A stretch of DNA of 47,959 bases, taken from the IMG/VR virus record IMGVR_UViG_3300028840_006985. One strand, given 5' to 3'. How positions within the stretch are numbered: position 1 is the stretch's first letter; each line of letters starts with the position of its first letter. Below the pieces are notes generated by a model. That model was not told the origin of the DNA. It did no database searches and saw only the letters and a program-made list of their open reading frames with translations. The stretch comes from a virus (lineage: Duplodnaviria; Heunggongvirae; Uroviricota; Caudoviricetes). The translations under genes and the position numbers were made by a program. Positions 37,998-46,388 of the stretch are shown one piece after another.

Positions 37998-38378
37998 ATG
38001 CACAAAAAATGCTGCGGTAAAATTTTTGTAATATTTCTTACAATATTTTTTACTGTTAATTCTTATGGTAAGGAGGCCAACGTTTTTATTCCAATTGATA
38101 AAGGTGTGCCTACTCCATTTGGTGGAATTTTAATGGATGAAGCGACAACTATAAGGATAGCCAAGCAGCAAATTGAGTTGAGAGATCTAAAATTAAAGAT
38201 GAATATAGAAAAGCGATTATGGAAATTCAAAGAACATGTATATAGTAGAGAAGTAAATAGGATCAATAAGCGATCATGGTGGGAAGTAAACAAGCCTTAT
38301 ATTTTTGGAATAGTAGGGATACTATCAGGGATAGCACTTACAATTTCAACATATCAAGTAGTTAATCATACCGATTAA
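37998..38378 (+). CDS. Secreted/membrane protein with signal peptide, coiled coil and C-terminal TM (spanin-like candidate)
   Basis: Hydrophobic N-terminus, KG.P.PF.GIL motif, coiled coil, WW + TM at the C-terminus. GGAGG RBS. Confidence 0.5.
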   Translation: MHKKCCGKIFVIFLTIFFTVNSYGKEANVFIPIDKGVPTPFGGILMDEATTIRIAKQQIELRDLKLKMNIEKRLWKFKEHVYSREVNRINKRSWWEVNKPYIFGIVGILSGIALTISTYQVVNHTD

Positions 38379-38386
38379 AAACTTCT

Positions 38387-38415
38387 TTGACAATTCTCTT
38401 TAGATATTTTATAGA
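38387..38415 (+). promoter_or_regulatory. Candidate sigma70 promoter at the structural/non-structural boundary
   Basis: Consensus TTGACA (38387-38392), 17 bp, then TATAGA (imperfect -10). Confidence 0.4.
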
Positions 38416-38463
38416 AAAACTTAAATTGGCTATATTTTAGTTATTTTTTAATATTGGTGAATA

Positions 38464-38943
38464 ATGGGTGATAGTAGAAGGTTTGATTTATTTGCACAGC
38501 TTATTAAAAAGCATCTTGATAAAGAAATGAAAATAGCAGATGTAGCTTGTGGTAAAGGTCATTTACAGGCTGCTCTTTATCAAGAAGGTTTTAAAAAAGT
38601 TACCTCTTGGGATAAAAGAAAGAAGACTGCGAGTAATAGACGCGGATATCGGTATGGATATTTTCACTGGAAAGTAAAGGAAAAATATGATGCTATTGTT
38701 GCTCTTCATCCGGATGAAGCGACTGATCATTCTATATTATATGCTGCTAAACATCGAATTCCTGCTCTCATATGTCCATGCTGTATTAAATGGGATGCGG
38801 TGCCATATTGGGGGAATGGTTCACGGTTTGATTGTTGGGTAAAACATTTAATAATTTTGGCTGAAAAAAGAAGCATGGTAGTCCGGCAGACTGTATTAAA
38901 AATGCATGGAAGAAACTTGGTTCTTATAATTACAGCGAGGTAA
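38464..38943 (+). CDS. SAM-dependent methyltransferase-like protein
   Basis: IADVACGKGHL motif I, WD acidic site, VALHPD...CPCC. Confidence 0.7.
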   Translation: MGDSRRFDLFAQLIKKHLDKEMKIADVACGKGHLQAALYQEGFKKVTSWDKRKKTASNRRGYRYGYFHWKVKEKYDAIVALHPDEATDHSILYAAKHRIPALICPCCIKWDAVPYWGNGSRFDCWVKHLIILAEKRSMVVRQTVLKMHGRNLVLIITAR

Positions 38944-38951
38944 AAAATAAA

Positions 38952-39683
38952 ATGATAATAGAAGGATATAAATTTTTTTTAAAAGGATATAAGTCAAAAT
39001 ATGGCGATTTTCAGTTCAAGGTGGGGGAGAAATATGAACATAAAGGTAAGATCGAGATGTGCAGGTTAGGATTTCATTTTTCGAGAACATTACAGGATGC
39101 ATTTTATTATAATGGAAATATAACATACCATTGTTGCAAGGTGGAAGGAAGTGGGGAAATAGATGAAGAGATAGATAAGGTAGTTTGCTCTAAAATATAT
39201 ATTAAAGAAGAACTTGATTTTAATAGAATATTAGAAAAATTAAGCAAAATTCCATATTGGGTTATTAGGTGGATGGTGGCGGCAAATCCCAATTGTTCAG
39301 TAAATATATTAAGTAATTTAAGTAATGATGGCGACGATGATGTTAAAGAAGCTGTGATAACAAATTCTAAATGTTCAGTAGAAATATTGGAAAAATTAAG
39401 TAAAAATCCAAGATTTAAGCATGTGATTATAAAGCTTCCTCATTGTCCGATAAAGATGTTAGAGGAGGAAAGTGATGGTGGATTTTTTATTAGAGAAAAA
39501 GTGGCGGCGAATTCTAGTTGTCCAGTAGAGATATTGGAAAAATTAAGTAAGGATCAATTTTGGGAGGTTAGGTGCAAGGTTGCAAAAAATGTTAACTGTC
39601 CAAAGTATGTGTTAAAAGAATTGAGCGAGGATAAAGATATTGATGTTAGATATGCAGCTATGAATAGTCTTGAAAGGAAATAA
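38952..39683 (+). CDS. DUF7666-like head plus 5 LRV/HEAT-like repeats (paralogue 1)
   Basis: GYKFF...FQFKVGE.Y.H.G....C..GFHF...CKVEG.G...DKVVCS.I.IKEEL head, then 26-aa VR.AVA.N..C....LE.LS.D repeats. Confidence 0.78.
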   Translation: MIIEGYKFFLKGYKSKYGDFQFKVGEKYEHKGKIEMCRLGFHFSRTLQDAFYYNGNITYHCCKVEGSGEIDEEIDKVVCSKIYIKEELDFNRILEKLSKIPYWVIRWMVAANPNCSVNILSNLSNDGDDDVKEAVITNSKCSVEILEKLSKNPRFKHVIIKLPHCPIKMLEEESDGGFFIREKVAANSSCPVEILEKLSKDQFWEVRCKVAKNVNCPKYVLKELSEDKDIDVRYAAMNSLERK

Positions 39684-39686
39684 AAA

Positions 39687-40676
39687 ATGATAAAAGGATA
39701 CAAGTTTTTCTTAAAGGATTATAAGTCAAAGTACGGCGATTTTCAGTTTAAGGTGGGGGAGAGATATAAACATGATGGTTTAACAATATTTTGTCAGTCG
39801 GGCTTTCATTTTTCTAAAAAATTGGAAGACGCGTTCAGTTATTATGGAAATGACGCACATCATTGTTGCAAGGTAGAAGGAGGTGGAACAACGTTTGAAA
39901 GTGATGATAAGATAGTTTGTTCTGAAATATACATCAAGGAGGAATTAGATATTGTTGAAGTGTTGGAAAAGTTAAGTAAGAATAAAAATTGGTATATTAG
40001 ACATGGGGTGGCATTAAATCCTAATTGTTCGGTGGAGGTATTAAAAAAGTTAAATAAAGACAAGTGTATTGATGTTAAATTGGGAGTAATAAAAAATCCT
40101 AATTGTCCGGTAGAAATATTAGAAGAAGAGGAAAAATCAAACGGGGATAGACATTGGAGTGTTAGGAAATCAGTAGTAGAAAATCCCAATTGTCCGATAG
40201 GAATATTAGAAAGATTAAGCAAGAGTCCTATTTGGCAGATTAGGGAGGCGGTAGCAAAACATCTTAATTGTTCTTTGGAAATATTAAAAGAGTTAAGCAA
40301 TGATGAAGATGAGGATGTAAGAAAGCAGGTAGCAAAACATCCCAATTGTCCTTTGGATGTATTAGAAGAATTAATTAGGGATAAATATGTTATTGTCAGA
40401 GAATCAGTAGCAAGCAATTCTAATTGTCCAGTTAAGACATTAGAAAAATTAAGCAATGATGAAAGTAGTTATGTTGTACGGGCAGTAGTGGATAATCTTA
40501 ACTGTCCAGTAGATATATTGAAAGAATTAAGCGAGAGTAAGAATTGGTTTATTATTCAAGGGATACCATACAATCCTAATTGTCCTTTGGAAATATTAAA
40601 AAAATTAAGTAACGATCAGGATCCTGACACACGGGCAACAGCTATAGCAGCGTTAAAAAGGAGAAAGCAGCGTTAA
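39687..40676 (+). CDS. DUF7666-like head plus 8 LRV/HEAT-like repeats (paralogue 2)
   Basis: Same head, with eight N-C-[PS] repeat cores. Confidence 0.8.
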   Translation: MIKGYKFFLKDYKSKYGDFQFKVGERYKHDGLTIFCQSGFHFSKKLEDAFSYYGNDAHHCCKVEGGGTTFESDDKIVCSEIYIKEELDIVEVLEKLSKNKNWYIRHGVALNPNCSVEVLKKLNKDKCIDVKLGVIKNPNCPVEILEEEEKSNGDRHWSVRKSVVENPNCPIGILERLSKSPIWQIREAVAKHLNCSLEILKELSNDEDEDVRKQVAKHPNCPLDVLEELIRDKYVIVRESVASNSNCPVKTLEKLSNDESSYVVRAVVDNLNCPVDILKELSESKNWFIIQGIPYNPNCPLEILKKLSNDQDPDTRATAIAALKRRKQR

Positions 40677-40689
40677 AAAGGAGAAAGCA
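40646..40689 (+). repeat. 20-bp direct tandem duplication at the paralogue 2/3 junction
   Basis: agcagcgttaaaaaggagaa x2 + agca, immediately followed by ATG at 40690. Confidence 0.95.
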
Positions 40690-41916
40690 ATGATAGAAGG
40701 ATGTAAGTTTTTTTTAAAAGAATACAAAGCAAAGTACGGTGATTTTCAGTTCAAGGTAGGAGAACAATATAAACATGATGGTCCAGTAATACTTTGTCAA
40801 TCGGGTTTTCATTTTTCAAGAAAGATAGAAGATGCATTTAAATATTATAAAGAGGAGGCACATCATTGTTGCAAGGTAGAAGGGGGAGGAGAGATAAAAG
40901 AGGGGAAAGATAAAGTTGTTTGTTCAGAGATACATATTAAAAAAGAATTAGATATTGCTGAAGTGTTAGAAAAATTGAGCAAGGATGGCAGTTGGAGTAT
41001 TAGGAAAGCAGTAGCAGAAAATTCCAATTGTCCGGTAGGAATCTTAGAAAAGTTAAGCGAAGATGATTATTGTGATGTCAGGAAGGCAGTAGCAGAAAAT
41101 CCCAATTGTCCAATAGGAACCTTAGAAAAGTTAAGTAAAGATGATAATTGGCATACTAGATGGGCAATAGTAAATAATTCTAACTGTCCAATAAATGTGT
41201 TAAAAAAATTAAGCAAGTGTGGCAATGGGGGTATTAGAAAAGCAGTAGCAGCAAATCCTAATTGCTTAGTAAATATATTGGACAAATTAAGTAATGATAA
41301 TGATTGGGAGGTTAGGGAGGCAGTAGCAAGCAATTCTAATTGTTCAGTTGAAGCATTAGAAGAATTAAGTGAAGATAACAATTATGATGTTCAAATAGCG
41401 GTAGCAAGCAATCCTAATTGTCTGGTGGAGACGTTAAAAAAATTAAACGAAAATAGTGATTATAATGATTGGGCTATTAGAAAAGCAGTAGCAGCAAATC
41501 CTAATTGCTTAGTAAATATATTGGACAAATTAAGTAATGATAATGATTGGGAGGTTAGGGCGGCGGTAGCAAGCAATTCTAATTGTTCAGTAAATATATT
41601 GGACAAATTAAGTGAAGATAATGATTATGATGTCAGGAGGGAAGTAGTATTAAATTCTAATTGTTCAGTTGAAATATTAAAAAAGTTAAGTGAAGATGGT
41701 AGTTATGATGTTAGGTGGGCAGTAGCAAAAAATCCCAATTGTCCGGTAGGAATCTTAGAAAAGTTAAGCGAAGATGATTATTGTGATGTCAGGAAGGCAG
41801 TAGCAGAAAATCCCAATTGTTCGGTGGATATATTAAAAAAGTTAGGCAACGATGAGGCTGATCATATTAGGAAGATAGCAGTAGCTGTTTTAGAGGAAAG
41901 GAGTTTAAAAAAATGA
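40690..41916 (+). CDS. DUF7666-like head plus 11 LRV/HEAT-like repeats (paralogue 3)
   Basis: Same head, eleven repeat cores, and two pairs of exact 86-bp internal repeats. Confidence 0.8.
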   Translation: MIEGCKFFLKEYKAKYGDFQFKVGEQYKHDGPVILCQSGFHFSRKIEDAFKYYKEEAHHCCKVEGGGEIKEGKDKVVCSEIHIKKELDIAEVLEKLSKDGSWSIRKAVAENSNCPVGILEKLSEDDYCDVRKAVAENPNCPIGTLEKLSKDDNWHTRWAIVNNSNCPINVLKKLSKCGNGGIRKAVAANPNCLVNILDKLSNDNDWEVREAVASNSNCSVEALEELSEDNNYDVQIAVASNPNCLVETLKKLNENSDYNDWAIRKAVAANPNCLVNILDKLSNDNDWEVRAAVASNSNCSVNILDKLSEDNDYDVRREVVLNSNCSVEILKKLSEDGSYDVRWAVAKNPNCPVGILEKLSEDDYCDVRKAVAENPNCSVDILKKLGNDEADHIRKIAVAVLEERSLKK

Positions 41917-43256
41917 AAGTAGAGTTAGCAGGATATAATATTGACGAAGTTATGATAAATGATGATGGTACTCCTGAGACGATTGCTGCGGCATATGCAA
42001 GAGTGTCACGAGATCCGAGAGATATATTTGAATTACGCATGGAGGCAATTGAAAAAATTGAAAAGGCAAGAAAATCTTGCGAAACAATAGTTTATGATTA
42101 TGGTCATAGTGCAATTGCTGAAACTGCAGTATTTAATATTGACATAATGGATGTTTCAAGATTAGTAGTTGAGACAATACAGCATAGTCGTCTTTGTTCG
42201 TTTATTGAAAAAAGTTATAGATATCAAAAGGTGGATGGTCAATATATTATCCCTGAGGAATTGGATAAATCTTTTCTTAGATCATCGTTTATTAGTTGTA
42301 TTAAAGAACAAGTGGAAGTTTATCATAAAATTTATGATGCCATTTTAGAAAATTTAAAAGAGAAAAATTCAGGTATTAAAAAAGCCATATTAAAAAATAT
42401 AGCTAAAGAAGATGCACGATATGTAACTCCGTTGGCGTTGACAACTCAGATGGGAATGACGATCAATGCCAGAAATTTACCAAAAATGATTAAAAGATTG
42501 AGAGAATGTGGATTGCGGGAGGGAATTATATTGGGAGACATGTTATATGAAAGGACGGCAAGTATAGTTCCATCTTTAATTAAGTATTGTGATACTCAGC
42601 AAGGGCATCATTTGCTGAATAGAAATTTTAAAGGTAATTTTGGAATTACAGTAGAAGAGGGAACAAGTCATATTGACAGAAATGTACAGTTACAATATTA
42701 TACTCCTTCATCTGATGAAAGACTAGCAGCGGTAATTGCTTATGACAAGTGTGTAACTTTTCAAAAAGTGAATGGCATAACAAGTAAGGAATTAATTGAT
42801 AGTGAATTGGAAAAATTGGGAGAATATGATCCTGTACCGAGAAGTTTTGAAGCGATAGATTTTGCTTTTACGATTAGTTGTTCAGCATCGGCTTTTGCGC
42901 AAATAAAAAGACACAGAATGGCTATGTTAATAAAAAAGCCATATTATAGATTTTGTTTTATAGTACCTCAGACGGTAATAGATGCGGGTATGAAAAACTT
43001 GTTTATAGAAACATGTGAAGAATCTTGTCTTTTATCAAGGAGCATTGAAGAAAAACATGGAATTTTACTTTCTGAGTATATTTTGCCGCAATCTGCCAAG
43101 CGGAGTATTTTATTAAAAATGAATGCAAGGGAATTATATCATTTTGCTAAGCTGAGGTGTAGAGAAGACGCACAATGGGAAATTCGTGAAATTGCTAATA
43201 AGATGGTAGAGCAAGTTAAACAAGTTGCCCCATTCGCATTTGCAGGATTAAAATAA
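41913..43256 (+). CDS. thyX: FAD-dependent thymidylate synthase, two-domain (tandem) form
   Basis: AAYARVSR...YGHSAIAE...SRL...SFIEKSYRY...EDARY...NAR in domain 1. QIKRHR...MNARELYHF..LR....AQWEIR in domain 2. Confidence 0.9.
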   Translation: MKVELAGYNIDEVMINDDGTPETIAAAYARVSRDPRDIFELRMEAIEKIEKARKSCETIVYDYGHSAIAETAVFNIDIMDVSRLVVETIQHSRLCSFIEKSYRYQKVDGQYIIPEELDKSFLRSSFISCIKEQVEVYHKIYDAILENLKEKNSGIKKAILKNIAKEDARYVTPLALTTQMGMTINARNLPKMIKRLRECGLREGIILGDMLYERTASIVPSLIKYCDTQQGHHLLNRNFKGNFGITVEEGTSHIDRNVQLQYYTPSSDERLAAVIAYDKCVTFQKVNGITSKELIDSELEKLGEYDPVPRSFEAIDFAFTISCSASAFAQIKRHRMAMLIKKPYYRFCFIVPQTVIDAGMKNLFIETCEESCLLSRSIEEKHGILLSEYILPQSAKRSILLKMNARELYHFAKLRCREDAQWEIREIANKMVEQVKQVAPFAFAGLK

Positions 43257-43561
43257 TGTGGTTTGTTTATATGGCGATTACATCTAAGGGAAATATTTAT
43301 ACTGGTATTACAAAAGACGTAAAACGTCGTTGTTATGAGCACAACTATACAAGCAAGGGTGATAAATTATTAAAGGATCAAATTCCTATTGTAATAGTTT
43401 GGAATAAAAAAATGAAATCAAAATCCGAAGCATTAATTTTAAGAGATAATTTAGATCAGATGTTTAAGATTGAGAAGGTTAAAATAATTCTTGAAAATCC
43501 TCGGGTCTCGTATGAGGAGCTTAATGAAATGTTATTTTTTATAAAAAGAAAGGAATATTAA
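43256..43561 (+). CDS. GIY-YIG (UPF0213-like) nuclease family protein
   Basis: WFVYM......IYTGITKDVKRR..EHN...G.K motif. Confidence 0.75.
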   Translation: MWFVYMAITSKGNIYTGITKDVKRRCYEHNYTSKGDKLLKDQIPIVIVWNKKMKSKSEALILRDNLDQMFKIEKVKIILENPRVSYEELNEMLFFIKRKEY

Positions 43562-43566
43562 ATAAT

Positions 43567-43770
43567 ATGCCAAAAAAAGTGTTATCAAAAATGGAAATTT
43601 TGCAACAAGTAATGGACTTGCTTGTTGCAAACGATCTTACTGTTCCCCAAGTGTTAGATATTTTAGGGTCAGGCATGTTTTGTGTGGCCGTGCAATACCA
43701 TTTATCTGTAAATGAACTTATTGACGTGCTTCAAGAGTTAGAAAAAGTCAGAAGACTAAATGTGAATTAA
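43567..43770 (+). CDS. Small hypothetical protein (67 aa)
   Basis: aagga SD, helical composition. In frame with the downstream repeat cassette across one TAA. Confidence 0.55.
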   Translation: MPKKVLSKMEILQQVMDLLVANDLTVPQVLDILGSGMFCVAVQYHLSVNELIDVLQELEKVRRLNVN

Positions 43771-44298
43771 AAAAGGATATGTTCAGCAGAGGTATTAGAG
43801 AAATTAAGTGATAAGAGTGAATGGTGGAGTATTAAATTAATGGTTGCAATACATTCTAACTGTCCAATAAATGTGTTAAAAAAATTAAGCAAGTGTGGCA
43901 ATGGGGATATTAGAAAAGCAGTAGCAGCAAATCCTAATTGCTTAGTAAATATATTGGACAAATTAAGTAATGATAATGATTGGGAGGTTAGGGCGGCGGT
44001 AGCAAGCAATTCTAATTGTTCAGTTGAAGTATTAGAAAAATTAAGTGAAGATAACGATTATGATGTTCAAATAGCGGTAGCAAGCAATCCTAATTGTCCA
44101 ATAGAGGTGTTAGAAAAATTAAGTGATGATACGGATAATGACGTTAGGGAGGCGGTGGCAAGGCATTTTAATTGTCCTGTTGGCGTATTAAGAAAGCTAA
44201 GTAAGGATGCATTTGGTTCTGTTAGATATGAAGCAATAAAGAATCCTAATTGTCCAGTAGATGTGTTAAAAAGATTTAAGGATGAGAGCGTTGTATAG
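43771..44298 (+). pseudogene. Headless LRV/HEAT-repeat cassette (about 6.5 repeats)
   Basis: Repeat homology (CSAEVLEKLSDK) extends upstream of the track ATG at 43840 to about 43780. No head domain. 43853-44098 matches 41177-41422 with 6 mismatches in 246 bp. Confidence 0.65.
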
Positions 44299-44708
44299 AG
44301 GATTTAAGTACTAGTAGCATGATGAAGAATAGTTATTTATCCAGATCTATATCTGATATTGGGTTTTATGAATTTAGAAAGCAATTAGAGTATAAGTCTA
44401 AGATAAATGGTAATGGGTTAGTGATAGCGGATCGTTATTTCCCTTCTAGCAAGAAATGTTCTTCATGTGGTTTTGTATTAGATGAGTTGCCTTTATCAGC
44501 AAGGGAGTGGCGATGTTTTGTTTATGGAATGAAGCATGACAGAGATGTGAATGCATCTATAAACCTTTTAAATCTAGGGCGAGTTAACGTCCGAAGTAAC
44601 GCTTGTGGAGAGGAAAGCTCTGGCTATGTTATTGATAATATGGTGAAACTATCCTCATTGAAGCAAGAAGAAAAATGTTGTAGCATTCTATAGCATTTTT
44701 CATAGCGG
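44292..44708 (+). mobile_element. tnpB: IS200/IS605- or IS607-family remnant: 3' part of tnpB plus right end
   Basis: In-frame CIEDL (RuvC-II) from 44292, FYEFRKQLEYK, DRYFPSSKKCSSCG zinc ribbon (second Cys pair decayed to CFVY), HDRDVNASINL (RuvC-III). N-terminal portion absent. Confidence 0.85.
44577..44708 (+). ncRNA. Putative TnpB omegaRNA/reRNA scaffold
   Basis: Overlaps the tnpB 3' end as expected. Complementary segments gcttg/caag and gagga/tcctc, a 14-bp hairpin at 44670-44701, and a ...tagcgg terminus. Boundaries are approximate. Confidence 0.5.
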
Positions 44709-44717
44709 TTAAACATA

Positions 44718-45707
44718 ATGGGAACCGGACATCAGAAAGAGAAGCAGAGAAGGAAGAAGAAGTTTTTTCAAAAAATGATTAATGAGATGGGAATGAAGGT
44801 AGAACCGCAAATTGATTTTAATGATATAAAATTATCTGGGGCAGAGGTGGATCAAGAAGAGATAAAAAAGGCGATAGGGGTAAAAGGTATAGAAGAGTTA
44901 AATCTTGACAGTGCAATTCAATTTCATTGCCAAAGGGCAGGAAGGTGTTGTTTTGGAAATAATATCCCCATTACTCCAGTTGATATCTGGCATATGGTTA
45001 GAAATAAAAATATTAGAAAGTTGGGGTTTTGGTCTACAACATCATTATTAGTACAATATAATCCGGCCGGTTTTATTCATCGTGAGGTGGGAATGCCGTC
45101 TGGTTTTTTGGTATTTCACAGATTATTACCTAACGAATCTGAAAGTCCTCCCAAGTGTCCTATGTCGGCCCCGTTGGCCATAATAGGTAATAATGAAGAT
45201 TATTTGAATTTAATGAATCAGGTTAAAGAAAATGGTCGTCCAGCTTACGAAATGTTTTGGCGAGATGGATCTGATCCAATGTTTCAATGTGTCTTAGGCA
45301 ATGAGAGGCCGACTGAATGTTTATCGTATCCAATTGGATGGCTTTCAAGCGGTGAAAACTGGGAGGATGGAAGGTTTAGTATTAATAAAGGTATTTGTCT
45401 AAAATGTTTTCCTGAAAGTTTCTTGGTAAAAAAATCAACTCTTAGACAGTACTTATTAAATAAAGGATTGCCAGACAGGTTTAGACAAATTATATTGTGG
45501 AACAGTTTTTATAATAAATGGATGATTAATTTAGATCCGCAAAGCAGAGAGACTGCAATGAAGATGGTTTTTGATTTTGATAGACCCTTATTAAAGTCTG
45601 GTTTAAAGCCGACACAGTTAGATAATTATCGTCCAAAAAGTTTTCAACTAATGTTGGAAAGAATTAAAGAGATTTTAGAGCCAAATAGAATCCAGATTGT
45701 ATCTTAA
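44718..45707 (+). CDS. YkgJ-like cysteine-cluster (putative Fe-S/Zn) protein
   Basis: FHCQRAGRCC...I.ITPVDI...KCP...C......RPTECLSYP. The second Cys of CxxCxxCC is Ala. Confidence 0.7.
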   Translation: MGTGHQKEKQRRKKKFFQKMINEMGMKVEPQIDFNDIKLSGAEVDQEEIKKAIGVKGIEELNLDSAIQFHCQRAGRCCFGNNIPITPVDIWHMVRNKNIRKLGFWSTTSLLVQYNPAGFIHREVGMPSGFLVFHRLLPNESESPPKCPMSAPLAIIGNNEDYLNLMNQVKENGRPAYEMFWRDGSDPMFQCVLGNERPTECLSYPIGWLSSGENWEDGRFSINKGICLKCFPESFLVKKSTLRQYLLNKGLPDRFRQIILWNSFYNKWMINLDPQSRETAMKMVFDFDRPLLKSGLKPTQLDNYRPKSFQLMLERIKEILEPNRIQIVS

Positions 45708-45729
45708 GAAAAATTAAGGAAGAAAAGCA

Positions 45730-45852
45730 ATGATAGAAGGATATAAGTTTTTTTTAAAAGGATATGAGTCAAAGTACGGTGATTTTCAGTTTAACGTTTG
45801 TTGGCTGTTATTTCTGTTTAATTTGGTCAAGTTTTATGAAAATTTTAAATAA
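45730..45852 (+). pseudogene. 5' stub of a fourth DUF7666-LRV paralogue
   Basis: Manual translation MIEGYKFFLKGYESKYGDFQF, then unrelated sequence and TAA at 45850-45852. Upstream aagcaatg as in paralogue 3. Confidence 0.8.
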
Positions 45853-46369
45853 AGTTTATTGTGAACTAGATGAGGGTGATTGGATTAATGAGATTAACCA
45901 ATTAATTAAGATTAATAAAAACGAGGCTATGTTAGATATTAGACTTACTGGCGTAACTTTTTCGTTCCATGAAGAGTGTCGTCAGACTAATTTAGCAACG
46001 ATAGCGCGATTAGGGATAGCGGTAATTGGTTTAAGACAAGTTGGCAAGACAGGGTTAGATGTGACGACTTGGACTCCCCGTGGGGCTTATATTGGCTCGA
46101 TTGGTTGGATTCCTAAACAAGTTGCTCATTCATTTGTTGGAGTTTTAGATCATTCTGATATTATTGTTGAGAGGTTTCAAATAGCTCAAAAACATATCAT
46201 AACAGAGGAGCCTTCTATTGTTAATCTTGTAGAGGATATTGATAGTTTAAACAAAAAAGAATACAGAAAATTAATGATGGGATTGAATAATAGTTTTGTA
46301 ATGAGTGCCAAATTGAGATTTAGGATTTATTTTAGAGAACTGTCAACAGAAAGTGAACTACTTTTATAA
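45836..46369 (+). CDS. HIRAN-like domain protein
   Basis: LTGVTF...RQ...IGWIPKQVA motif. ATG at 45836 is preferred because the track start at 45764 lies inside the paralogue stub. Confidence 0.5.
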   Translation: MKILNKVYCELDEGDWINEINQLIKINKNEAMLDIRLTGVTFSFHEECRQTNLATIARLGIAVIGLRQVGKTGLDVTTWTPRGAYIGSIGWIPKQVAHSFVGVLDHSDIIVERFQIAQKHIITEEPSIVNLVEDIDSLNKKEYRKLMMGLNNSFVMSAKLRFRIYFRELSTESELLL

Positions 46370-46388
46370 TAAAAGAAGGAGTTAAAAA

